Positions 1 through 7,821 of a stretch of 33,708 bases of DNA are shown piece after piece. The stretch is from a virus (taxonomy: Duplodnaviria; Caudoviricetes): positions 1-33,708 of IMG/VR virus record IMGVR_UViG_3300038315_001936. One strand, 5' to 3'. Numbering within the stretch: the stretch's first letter is position 1; the number at the start of each line of letters is the position of its first letter. The notes beneath the pieces are model-generated. The model made no database searches. It was not told where the DNA came from and saw nothing but the letters and a program-made list of their open reading frames with translations. The translations under genes and the position numbers were made by a program.

Positions 1-477
1 TTATGCTGGCTGCTTTTTACCCTTCTTCTCCGCCCAGCGCTTCTTCGCAGCTTCGGAAATAGCCTTGCGGTGTTCATCGGACATAGTGCGGCCACCAGCG
101 CCAATATCTTGGTTTTTCTCCTTTTCAGGTTCCCAATTGAAATGGCTATCAAGTTCGCCAGCGCGGGCAGACTTTGCAACGCCTTCATAGAAATCCGAGA
201 CGCGCTCAGCGGGCATAAAGTCGTGATCCACTTTGCCATTGCCCCAAAGCGGGAATGCAGTGTCCTTGTCCATTTTTACGAAAACACGAGCCGCCTTGTT
301 CTTGGTTTCAAACGTACCAAGCGGTCCCCGCGTCTTGCCTTCCTTCGCTGCCTTTGCAGCGCGTTCCGCTAGCTTCGCCACCTTCTCGCGGCGCTTAGGC
401 ATGTAGGTTTCAGGGTCTGCTTTGTGGAAGTCTTCTGCCAGCTTGCTGTCAGTGAGCTTGAGAAAATCCAGTGCCAT
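1..477 (-). CDS. Hypothetical basic protein with C-terminal NUMOD3-like motif
   Basis: ATG at 477 with AGGA upstream; C-terminus MSDEHRKAISEAAKKRW resembles NUMOD3 DNA-binding repeats. Confidence 0.75.
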   Translation of the reverse strand: MALDFLKLTDSKLAEDFHKADPETYMPKRREKVAKLAERAAKAAKEGKTRGPLGTFETKNKAARVFVKMDKDTAFPLWGNGKVDHDFMPAERVSDFYEGVAKSARAGELDSHFNWEPEKEKNQDIGAGGRTMSDEHRKAISEAAKKRWAEKKGKKQPA

Positions 478-552
478 GTGCTTGTTCCTGTTGTGCTGTG
501 GTTTAGTACCTGAACTCTGGTTTGCACCAAACTGGATACAGAGCAAGCCAGA

Positions 553-558
553 TAAGTA
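553..558 (+). promoter_or_regulatory. TAAGTA late-type motif
   Basis: TAAGTA-gcgca-ATG(564), same 5-nt spacing as other copies. Confidence 0.55.
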
Positions 559-563
559 GCGCA

Positions 564-866
564 ATGGGAAAATATCTCAATTCGATACACAATGGAGTTC
601 TGTTTCTTAACTCCCACCAATCCTACTATGTCTATGAACCGCTAGCCTTCAGTCAGAAACACGCTGTTGAAGTGATTGGATATTTCAGTGTCGATGAAAT
701 GGCCAAATGGCTGAGCGCTAATGCGACTGGGCGATATTCCAGTGAGTACAAGTCCGCTACTCTAGACCCGCTTTGCGATGAGACGCTTCGCAAGCGCCTA
801 GCCATTGTGAGTTTTGAGAATACCGCAGACGGTATGCTTTTTAAGCTGACGTGGATGGGCTTCTAG
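564..866 (+). CDS. Hypothetical protein, probably leaderless
   Basis: In-frame ATG (MGKYLNSIHNG...) of the 522..866 ORF, 5 nt after TAAGTA, no SD. Confidence 0.65.
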   Translation: MGKYLNSIHNGVLFLNSHQSYYVYEPLAFSQKHAVEVIGYFSVDEMAKWLSANATGRYSSEYKSATLDPLCDETLRKRLAIVSFENTADGMLFKLTWMGF

Positions 867-1023
867 CAGCACGGTATTCCGCTATCGCCTCTTGCAAGGA
901 TAACTCCCTCACGCCGTGAATGCGATTGTCCCTGCTCTTAATATGACATGGCATGCAGGTTTCGGAGAGGCACGTTTTGACAGGTGCTAGCCCGCAATGG
1001 GCGCAATCGGGTAATAGGCTCAT
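841..1023 (-). CDS. Possible small Cys-rich (Zn-ribbon-like) protein
   Basis: CAHC...C...CMPC pattern in a 60-aa ORF; short overlap with the convergent gene. Confidence 0.4.
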   Translation of the reverse strand: MSLLPDCAHCGLAPVKTCLSETCMPCHIKSRDNRIHGVRELSLQEAIAEYRAARSPSTSA

Positions 1024-1059
1024 GCTTTATAATACGGTGGAACCGATCGCCGCGTCATT

Positions 1060-1390
1060 ATTCGGCCGCCGTTTTCCTCGCCTACGGCAGATCAACCATA
1101 GAGCCAAAGGCTCGACCAAGTGGAGGCCAAAGGCCGACCGCAGGTGGAGCGCAGCGACGGCGAAGCCATCCAGACGACAACTCCAAGAAGAAAACTAACT
1201 CAAGAGTTCTGGCCCTTGGAGCGCGAAAGCGCGAAAGGCGTCAGAACTAGCCGAGTTCAGGGGAGTAATGGTAATCATCTATGTCTTCTTGTAGGGGGAC
1301 ATATCTACTATCGTAGATATGGCTCTTATAAAAAGCCGTAGGTGGTTGCTATTGCACCACTGTTATATCTTTATGGGTCTTATAAAAAAT
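1060..1390. other. Hairpin-dense, probably non-coding region; candidate replication origin or structured RNA
   Basis: Several inverted repeats, a GAAA-capped stem at 1197-1257, CATATCTAC/GTAGATATG at 1300-1321, and two TATGGSTCTTATAAAAA copies. Confidence 0.35.
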
Positions 1391-1426
1391 CGAACAAGAA
1401 TAATGACGCCCGAGTACCACTTTTGC

Positions 1427-1434
1427 TATAAATA
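1427..1434 (+). promoter_or_regulatory. TATAAATA, exact T4 late promoter consensus
   Basis: Intergenic, directly upstream of a structured leader. Confidence 0.65.
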
Positions 1435-1439
1435 GAAGG

Positions 1440-1554
1440 TGAACACGGGGTTCGTGAAGCCGTCGTTCACGACGGTTGACCCTAGTTCATACTCCAAGAG
1501 AGAACTGTAGGACCCGACCGTGCACCACGAACCCGCACGGTCGGGTTTTCTTTT
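1440..1554 (+). ncRNA. Candidate three-hairpin leader or small RNA (element A) ending in an intrinsic terminator
   Basis: Hairpins at 1440-1454, 1458-1477 and 1511-1547; terminator loop CACGAACCC is complementary to GGGTTCGTG (1448-1456). Confidence 0.55.
1511..1554 (+). terminator. Rho-independent terminator or attenuator
   Basis: 13-bp stem GACCCGACCGTGC/GCACGGTCGGGTT followed by TTCTTTT. Confidence 0.8.
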
Positions 1555-1568
1555 GGGAGTATAATAAG

Positions 1569-2045
1569 ATGGCCATAAGGTCGCAGATTAGAGAAGACGT
1601 ATTAGAGCTTCTATGGCGCGAGTATAATCGCACTGTCAATTATCAGAGAGAGAAGAACGACATTACGGTGGTAATGAAGTTCGACGAGTACCTGACCCTC
1701 TGGTCAAACCATCGCATCAAAGCCCTAGAAACTAAGTTCAATCGTGGTCCCGGCGCGGTGGACTACTATATGCGCAATCGCTTCCGTCCTGTGTGTGGAT
1801 GGGTTGCTAGGGAGCGCAGGGAAAAGGGCGGCACAATGACCGTCCAAGATGCCAAGATCATGTCTGCGCAAGACAGCAAGTACATGTTCCAATTCAAGAA
1901 GGGCGACAGCCACGATGAAGCTGCAAAGGCGGCAATTGGAGCAGCGAAGCGTGGCAAGAAGCAGACACCTGAACAGATCGCTAAGCGCACTAAGGCGCGT
2001 CTCGAAACAATGGCCCGGAAGAAGGCAGAAAGGGAAGCGAAATGA
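1569..2045 (+). CDS. Degenerate HNH-like protein with tandem NUMOD3-like motifs
   Basis: GGGAG SD; KGDSHDEAAKAAIGAAKRGKKQTPEQIAKR; N-terminal part resembles phage HNH-type proteins without the catalytic H/N residues. Confidence 0.7.
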   Translation: MAIRSQIREDVLELLWREYNRTVNYQREKNDITVVMKFDEYLTLWSNHRIKALETKFNRGPGAVDYYMRNRFRPVCGWVARERREKGGTMTVQDAKIMSAQDSKYMFQFKKGDSHDEAAKAAIGAAKRGKKQTPEQIAKRTKARLETMARKKAEREAK

Positions 2046-2209
2046 CAACCGAAGAACTAGTAGCGGAATATCTCGCCAATGGCGGCAAGATCAACCGCAT
2101 TGAACACCAACGGGTTGAGCGTATGGCCCATCCAGTAAGATGCAAAGGAGCAGTCTTCGCTAAATGGACTGCTTCACGCGCACTCGGTTCAGGCGGCACA
2201 CTGTCCTGA
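2042..2209 (+). CDS. 55-aa protein with SutA-like RNAP-binding motif (below ORF-track cutoff)
   Basis: ATGA overlap with upstream stop; MTTEELVAEYLANGGKINRIEHQ... Confidence 0.7.
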   Translation: MTTEELVAEYLANGGKINRIEHQRVERMAHPVRCKGAVFAKWTASRALGSGGTLS

Positions 2210-2261
2210 ACAACCTATCACTAATCGTGACAACAAACCTCCCGCAAGAAGGAGCGAACTA

Positions 2262-2627
2262 ATGAAACCAGAGCATGAATTTGGACTTACCGCACTTTTG
2301 GGTAGAAACTACAGCAGCATGGCCGAGGCTTTCCATGCTTTAAGGAGGGAAGGAATAAACATCGCTGATTTCCCTCCTTCGCTACAGGAAGCCCTCAGAA
2401 ACAGGGTGGTGGCGGATGATTTACCAGCAGAGCAATTCCGTCTCGATATGCGCAGCCGCATACTGAAGGCACAAGGGAAGCAATTGGAAATTCAGTCCGA
2501 CGTTGTTGAAGCCCACAAAACTATCGCCAACGCTGACGCACGAATTAAAGAGCAGAGATTAATCGAAGAGCGTTACACCGGCATACTTGATGCCCATATG
2601 GACGAGATTAACGCCCGTAAGCGCTAA
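2262..2627 (+). CDS. Hypothetical protein with C-terminal coiled coil
   Basis: AAGGAG SD, 121-aa ORF, followed by a terminator. Confidence 0.85.
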   Translation: MKPEHEFGLTALLGRNYSSMAEAFHALRREGINIADFPPSLQEALRNRVVADDLPAEQFRLDMRSRILKAQGKQLEIQSDVVEAHKTIANADARIKEQRLIEERYTGILDAHMDEINARKR

Positions 2628-2632
2628 CGAAC

Positions 2633-2670
2633 GAACCCCTAGGTACCTGAGCAACCTAGGGGTTTCTTTG
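2633..2670 (+). terminator. Rho-independent terminator
   Basis: GAACCCCTAGGT/ACCTAGGGGTTT stem plus T-rich tail between convergent genes. Confidence 0.75.
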
Positions 2671-2759
2671 TGGGTCTGCGCCGCGTTCTGGATAGAGCCT
2701 AGCGGCCCCTGTGCTGCCCTACACGGTCCGAAGCAGCGCCAGACACGCTAGCATACGTC

Positions 2760-3287
2760 TTAGCCATACAGGGCCTTGCTGAGCATGTTCTGAGTGACAC
2801 CAACATATTGCTGAGTGGTCACAGGACTTGAGTGCCGCAAGACTTTCTGCACGACGAGCAAGTTAACGCCGCGATCCACCATGTTCGTAGCGAGCGTCCT
2901 CCGCCCCGAATAGCACGATCCTTCCTGTCCTGCCTCGCGATACAACCTCCGCAAAGCACTACTAATCCCTGCTGCATCAAATGGCTTACCAGCCCTATTG
3001 AGGAACACGACGCCCTCACGATCACCCATATAAGCAGAAAGCGCAGCGAGAACCTCCGCACAAACTGGCAAGCTACCATGCCCACCCTTCCCCTTTGAGT
3101 AGCCATGTGGAATGCGCAGTTCCTCCCCACGGAACCAAGAGCGATTAAGCCCTGCTATCTCTTTGGGACGCAAACCCAGCTTAACACTAAGCAGAAGCAT
3201 CAAACGATACTTCAATGGGTCCGAGCAGGAATCCACATAATCAAACAGTGCTGCAAATTCTGCTTCGCTCTTATTCGGTGCACGCAT
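2760..3287 (-). CDS. Tyrosine recombinase, catalytic domain only (175 aa)
   Basis: LGLRPKE (R), SKGK (K), YSGR (HxxR variant), LRH and TQQY motifs; AAGGAG SD before ATG at 3287. Confidence 0.9.
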   Translation of the reverse strand: MRAPNKSEAEFAALFDYVDSCSDPLKYRLMLLLSVKLGLRPKEIAGLNRSWFRGEELRIPHGYSKGKGGHGSLPVCAEVLAALSAYMGDREGVVFLNRAGKPFDAAGISSALRRLYREAGQEGSCYSGRRTLATNMVDRGVNLLVVQKVLRHSSPVTTQQYVGVTQNMLSKALYG

Positions 3288-3396
3288 TGGGTATCTCCTT
3301 ACCAACACACTCTATGGTCTGTTTTTCCAAGAGCAACCGATAAGGTGAAAAATGTCGAACTAAAAAGCAGATCATATAAGGGTGAAGCTAGTTCAG

Positions 3397-3672
3397 TTAT
3401 CTTTTTGACAGGGCTTCATTTCTCTGGCGCATAATATCTGCCATCCAAGCATGAGAGTTTGATTTGACGGCGCGCTCTAGAGCGTCAATATCGATATTGC
3501 TGGCGAGCTTAATCAGAACTCCGGCCTTCTTCTTCCCTTCAGGATCATCATCTTCGAACTGCATAAATGCAGCGCGATAGGTCCTCACATCATAGAAGGC
3601 CTTAAGTGCATCACAGGCATCGCGGCCTACCATCTTGATAATGCGGTGAGTATGATAAGTGCGTTCTTTCAT
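3397..3672 (-). CDS. Hypothetical protein
   Basis: 91-aa ORF directly behind a sigma70-like promoter. Confidence 0.75.
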   Translation of the reverse strand: MKERTYHTHRIIKMVGRDACDALKAFYDVRTYRAAFMQFEDDDPEGKKKAGVLIKLASNIDIDALERAVKSNSHAWMADIMRQRNEALSKR

Positions 3673-3678
3673 ACCCTA

Positions 3679-3706
3679 GCAGTATCACAACTAGCCAGCC
3701 TGTCTA
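3679..3706 (-). promoter_or_regulatory. Sigma70-like promoter
   Basis: TAGACA-N16-TACTGC with GTGA before the -10; same layout as 4331-4358. Confidence 0.45.
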
Positions 3707-3721
3707 CTAGAAGATGCGGAC

Positions 3722-4306
3722 CTAAGCAGCTATGGCTGGTTTGGAGTTGAACAATGGACTGTCGAGTTGGTCCTGAGTGACATTCAGCAAGAAAGCCTGA
3801 AAGGTATCATCGAACTGAAAATAGCCGCCCTCAAGGTAGTAATAGTCACCTCCCTGATACTGAGCGCCAAAGCTGCGGACAGTGTTGCAGCACAGGTCAG
3901 TATAGTCCTCGTCTGTTGGCTCACTCGCTACCATGCGAATGAGAACCAGTTCAGACTTGAACACCTGCTCGAAGTTAGCAATCTCATCCTCGCCAAGTGA
4001 ACCATACATCGTAGTGGCGTAGACCTTGTACCCCTCATCAACCTCCTTCTCTTGTTCCTCGGTCCAGTCAGTAGACCAAACATCAAAGTCCACTGCTTCT
4101 GAAATGGAATCGAGATAGCTTTCATAATCACCATCGGTACGCATGACTGTCCAATCAATCTGCTTCATGACCGTATAAAGCTGAGCGGCAGTTAGATCGG
4201 GATGGTTCACCATAGAACTAATAGCCCATTTTGCAGCAAGGAACCCTAGATTATCCAGTTCCTTCTCCGACAATGGTTTAGTAAAGAAATCAGTTATGTT
4301 GGCCAT
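3722..4306 (-). CDS. Hypothetical acidic protein
   Basis: 194-aa D/E-rich ORF, AAGGA SD. Confidence 0.85.
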   Translation of the reverse strand: MANITDFFTKPLSEKELDNLGFLAAKWAISSMVNHPDLTAAQLYTVMKQIDWTVMRTDGDYESYLDSISEAVDFDVWSTDWTEEQEKEVDEGYKVYATTMYGSLGEDEIANFEQVFKSELVLIRMVASEPTDEDYTDLCCNTVRSFGAQYQGGDYYYLEGGYFQFDDTFQAFLLNVTQDQLDSPLFNSKPAIAA

Positions 4307-4330
4307 CTGTAGTCCTTCCGTTACTAAGTC

Positions 4331-4358
4331 AGACTAGCACGAAGCACGGAAGTGTCTA
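4331..4358 (-). promoter_or_regulatory. Sigma70-like promoter
   Basis: TAGACA-N16-TAGTCT with GTGC before the -10. Confidence 0.5.
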
Positions 4359-4383
4359 CTGGAAAGAACATACCAGTACCAAC

Positions 4384-4389
4384 TAAGTA
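4384..4389 (+). promoter_or_regulatory. TAAGTA late-type motif
   Basis: 4 nt before an in-frame GTG at 4394. Confidence 0.5.
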
Positions 4390-4393
4390 TGTG

Positions 4394-4768
4394 GTGGCAA
4401 AACTCCCCAAAGACCTAGACCCCAAACAGATATACTCATGGAATATCCGAGGGCTATCATATGCACAGTTCGTAGAAGACTTGCGTAGCGGACGGATAGT
4501 TATGGATTATGGCTATGCAGCAAAAGTAACAGAACAAAAGCCACTAAGGGAAGAGAGACAGACTGACTTACCAAAGCGCAGACCACCAATGAACAAGGTC
4601 GAGCACAGCTTTCAGGGATATACTAAGACGTGGGCGGAATGGGCGGACTTGATTGACTGGCGTATGGATCGGTTGATGGCACAGACCAGAGTTCATCCAA
4701 TCGACTACTGGCTGATACTGCATTGGGATCGGGTTGAGCGCAATCTAGGGAAAGAAGGAAAGCAGTAA
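4394..4768 (+). CDS. Hypothetical protein, possible C-terminal DNA-binding module
   Basis: Start reassigned to GTG 4394 (MAKLPKDL...); FQGYTKTWAEWAD resembles G-x-T-x-T-x-x-E-W-A modules of HNH-associated proteins. Confidence 0.7.
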   Translation: MAKLPKDLDPKQIYSWNIRGLSYAQFVEDLRSGRIVMDYGYAAKVTEQKPLREERQTDLPKRRPPMNKVEHSFQGYTKTWAEWADLIDWRMDRLMAQTRVHPIDYWLILHWDRVERNLGKEGKQ

Positions 4769-4799
4769 GGCAGAGCGCAAAAAGACGGCAAATCCACGC

Positions 4800-4805
4800 T
4801 AAATA
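4800..4805 (+). promoter_or_regulatory. TAAATA late-type motif upstream of terS
   Basis: Intergenic, followed by a ~130-nt leader with hairpins. Confidence 0.6.
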
Positions 4806-4938
4806 GGGTTGCGACGGAACGGTGTCTAAAAAGTAGGCACGTTATTGGAAAGTCGCAGAGAAGCTAGAGTTTTCACATTCTCGAAAACTGGCCACTCTTT
4901 TTTAGAAGTAAAACCGGATCAAGGTGGAACCCATTTTT

Positions 4939-5541
4939 ATGGCTCGCAGAAAGCTAACAAACCGTCAGAAGACGGATACGGCCAAGAAATACAGCAAAGT
5001 GGATAAGATGAACAAGCTCATCAAGCAGATGGCTGATGAGAACCTGTCACCCACTGAACGCTGGCGGCTGTTGGGTCCAGAGATGAAAGCAATCATCCTG
5101 TATCGCTGCTTTGGTGGGGAAACCGTCAAGAGCGTTTGCCGCGATCTAGGGCTAGAACCAGCAACCGTCTACATGGCTGCATTCAAGGACAAGGAAGGCT
5201 TTGGTGCCGACCTCAAGGATGCCAGAGAGCATGGCCAGCACGCTCTTGCGGATATGATGCTAGATCTACCATACGACAAGACAATGAGCGCCAGCGATAA
5301 GCGTCTGGCCTTTGATGCTGCAAAGTATCTCACCAAGACCCGTAACCGTGCCGAGTATGGCGATAAGGTGGAATTGTCGGGTCAGATAGACACCAATGTC
5401 GCATTGCCCAATTGGGCCTTTGGACAGGTCATTGATGCCACGCCCGTAGAGCCTGAGCAGCTAACGGACCAAAGCCTTGATACTGGTGTTCCACTTGATG
5501 TGGACGTTGTGGAAGAGCAGCCCGCTCACAAGCCCAAGTAG
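4939..5541 (+). CDS. terS: Terminase small subunit, Sf6-like
   Basis: HTH GETVKSVCRDLGLEPATVY, then ARExGxxALAD and YGDKVELSG motifs. Confidence 0.85.
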   Translation: MARRKLTNRQKTDTAKKYSKVDKMNKLIKQMADENLSPTERWRLLGPEMKAIILYRCFGGETVKSVCRDLGLEPATVYMAAFKDKEGFGADLKDAREHGQHALADMMLDLPYDKTMSASDKRLAFDAAKYLTKTRNRAEYGDKVELSGQIDTNVALPNWAFGQVIDATPVEPEQLTDQSLDTGVPLDVDVVEEQPAHKPK

Positions 5542-5675
5542 TTTCCGACTGGCCATCGGCACCTTCGTCTAGATGCGATTGTGTCGCAACACGGGTTTCC
5601 AACTGCCCATCTCAAACCAGTTACAGAAGCGACTATCTTCGCTCCTCTGCCATCGTGGTTCCAACTGCCCATCGG
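5541..5675. repeat. Three imperfect 17-19-nt direct repeats
   Basis: GTTTCCGACTGGCCATCGG (5541), GTTTCCAACTGCCCATC (5595), GGTTCCAACTGCCCATCGG (5657). Confidence 0.7.
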
Positions 5676-5913
5676 GTCGTAGGTCTAGGTGCGAATGGTT
5701 CGCACGATTGCTCATCCACAGGTACCAGGCCACTATGAGCCAAAGCGCTGCCACTATTCGTGACAGCCATCTGCATCTTCCTCGGTACTCATTCCCCCAC
5801 ATATAATGTCTAGCATCTACTTCCGTCAAAGCGAGCAGAATTAGTAGAAATGCGACGAACCGTTTAGTTCTTTTGGGATTGGTAGAGCCCTCGGCACCTT
5901 CGCTGGTGCTCAT
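5569..5913 (-). CDS. Possible small membrane protein
   Basis: GAGGA directly upstream, two hydrophobic segments; 3' part runs over out-of-phase DNA repeats, so it is doubtful. Confidence 0.35.
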   Translation of the reverse strand: MSTSEGAEGSTNPKRTKRFVAFLLILLALTEVDARHYMWGNEYRGRCRWLSRIVAALWLIVAWYLWMSNRANHSHLDLRPDGQLEPRWQRSEDSRFCNWFEMGSWKPVLRHNRI

Positions 5914-6019
5914 TCCTCTACTCTACCCATGTAACAGAAATAAGAGCAAAATCGAGCAAAGACCTACACGGCTCGTCGCAAAACTGGTCTGTAAAATGTA
6001 GAAGAAGCAGACCTAACTA

Positions 6020-6182
6020 GGTTGACTACTAGACAGGCGATGCTACCGTATCAATTGTGGTAGAGTGACTTGGAAGGAAGGCCCCGAACGGTAGTAGAAA
6101 CCAGAGTTAGTCCCGGTGTCAACCAGAATAGTAGTCAACCGAAAAGATAGGAAAAGAGTGGTTGACAGGATGGTCTGGTTTT
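6020..6182. repeat. Cluster of GTCAACC/GGTTGAC motifs and inverted repeats
   Basis: GGTTGACTACTA (6020-6031) and TAGTAGTCAACC (6129-6140); TGTCAACCA (6117-6125) and TGGTTGACA (6159-6167). Confidence 0.65.
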
Positions 6183-6314
6183 CAAGGAGGGTACACCCTA
6201 GGTCTGGTAGGGTGCGGGCGGTCTCACGATTTTTACTCAATGGTTCAAATTCGGGTTTAAGGAAAACCCGCCACCATCGCTCGACAACGTCAAGTCGGGC
6301 GCTAAAAAGGTCTG

Positions 6315-6959
6315 ATGCTCCGCGTTAAAGACACCCCTGTAGGCCGGACTGGCCTCGTTCTAATGGTTGAAATTCTAGGCGCGGGAGCATGGGCGCTTGT
6401 TGATCAAGACTTCCTTCAGCGTAACGCAGTTTGGTTCGTCGCGATTGGTCTAGCGGGGTTGATCATAGCTTGGTTTTGGGATGAGATCGCAGATTATCGC
6501 GAATGGCGAAAAGAGCGAGGCAAGCCAAGAGTAGAGCAATGGATGTTTATCGACGATGCGGTAAAGTACCTTGCCGACTTCCCACTTCCCGAAGATCTTT
6601 TGCTACGTGATCCAAATTTCCCCATTCGGGTTTCCAACGCATTGAAGGACCGTTTGGTTTGCGGAGACTTACGGGCGAGAGGACGACCCTACAATGTGCT
6701 TCGTGGTGGAATTCAAGACCCACCTCGTAACCCTCTCAACCGCATCGATGCAGAGGTTTGGCAAACAGCGCAGATTGAGGCTTATTTCGTACTTCAGGGG
6801 GTTTTGCGCCAAGTTGCTGCTGGGCGTCACACAAACGTCGTTATGATCAACGACCATGAAGGATTTCACGACGTGGTAGTCTCGCGCAATGAGCTTGAGG
6901 ATATTTGGCCGACAAGGGGCGCTCTTCGTCCAGCGAAGGGCAGAGATAAGCGCAAATAG
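6315..6959 (+). CDS. Hypothetical membrane protein (two N-terminal TM segments)
   Basis: 214-aa ORF, hydrophobic N-terminus then soluble domain. Confidence 0.8.
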   Translation: MLRVKDTPVGRTGLVLMVEILGAGAWALVDQDFLQRNAVWFVAIGLAGLIIAWFWDEIADYREWRKERGKPRVEQWMFIDDAVKYLADFPLPEDLLLRDPNFPIRVSNALKDRLVCGDLRARGRPYNVLRGGIQDPPRNPLNRIDAEVWQTAQIEAYFVLQGVLRQVAAGRHTNVVMINDHEGFHDVVVSRNELEDIWPTRGALRPAKGRDKRK

Positions 6960-6978
6960 GTTTGTAGGAATTCAGCAG

Positions 6979-7497
6979 ATGAAGTTCTTTGCAGGGGTAG
7001 CCGTTGGCGCGTTGGTGGTAGCTGGCCTAGCAGCGTATTTCATCAAGCAAATCGACAATGAGCCTATACGCTTTCCAACCTATCAATTGATGGACATAGG
7101 TGATTACGTGCGCGTTGACGGATCACTCACAGGCGGGGAGAGTGCGCCTGTAAATGGGTATTATTCCGTGCAGTGCTATCAAGACCGCATGGAGTGCGAC
7201 ATAACCTCCATAAGCGAGATTGGACGCAAGCAAGTTGGCATTTTCGATCAAACCACCCTGCCCGTCTCTGAGTGGAGCAAGACGCACATTCGAATGAGCA
7301 GCAAGGATTTAGCCTTCAGGGGCAATGCTTGTAACTTCTACGAAATAGCCATCGATCGCCAAAAGAAGTCTGCCACCTATACGCGCCGGCCATTAGAAAC
7401 AGCGCCAATGGATTGTGGCGAGCGCTTCGAAGAGAGAGTGCTGCGCTGGCAGTTTGGCGATGGGGAAGCGTGGGGCGATCTTAACAACCCAAGCTGA
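6979..7497 (+). CDS. Hypothetical membrane-anchored or exported protein
   Basis: AGGA SD, N-terminal hydrophobic helix MKFFAGVAVGALVVAGLAAYF, four Cys. Confidence 0.8.
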   Translation: MKFFAGVAVGALVVAGLAAYFIKQIDNEPIRFPTYQLMDIGDYVRVDGSLTGGESAPVNGYYSVQCYQDRMECDITSISEIGRKQVGIFDQTTLPVSEWSKTHIRMSSKDLAFRGNACNFYEIAIDRQKKSATYTRRPLETAPMDCGERFEERVLRWQFGDGEAWGDLNNPS

Positions 7498-7564
7498 CAA
7501 CGGGTGTCATGTCCTCTTTGACGCTTTCAGCGATATACCCATCTCCAGCGTGAATGTGCATCGC

Positions 7565-7774
7565 TCACTCCTTCCCGCCAAACAGCTTCGCAGCCGTGAT
7601 TACCACTGCAAGCATGGCAGCAGTGCAGATGAACAGTGTCACTAATAGTGTGAGAGTTGCCGCTACCGAGAGGCCCATATTGGCTGTTAGAATGACGCCT
7701 AGGGCGCCACTGACAAGCGCAGGAATGAACGTCGCTAGCGCAAGCATGATTATGACTTTAATCTCATTAGACAT
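7565..7774 (-). CDS. Small two-TM hydrophobic protein (toxin- or holin-like)
   Basis: 69 aa, almost entirely hydrophobic; GAGGT SD. Confidence 0.75.
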   Translation of the reverse strand: MSNEIKVIIMLALATFIPALVSGALGVILTANMGLSVAATLTLLVTLFICTAAMLAVVITAAKLFGGKE

Positions 7775-7821
7775 GGGAGGTTTACCTCTTCTTTTTCTGG
7801 TTTGTAACGAGCCTTCCCTGT

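Noticed and set aside
953-1341. Three overlapping + strand ORFs
   Set aside because: Low-complexity Arg-rich translations over hairpin-rich DNA, with no convincing SD.
5541-5675. CRISPR array call for the three repeats
   Set aside because: Repeats are short, imperfect and unevenly spaced, and no cas genes are present; kept only as an unexplained repeat.
6043-6328. Two short ORFs over the GTCAACC region
   Set aside because: Atypical composition and overlap with DNA repeats; treated as non-coding.
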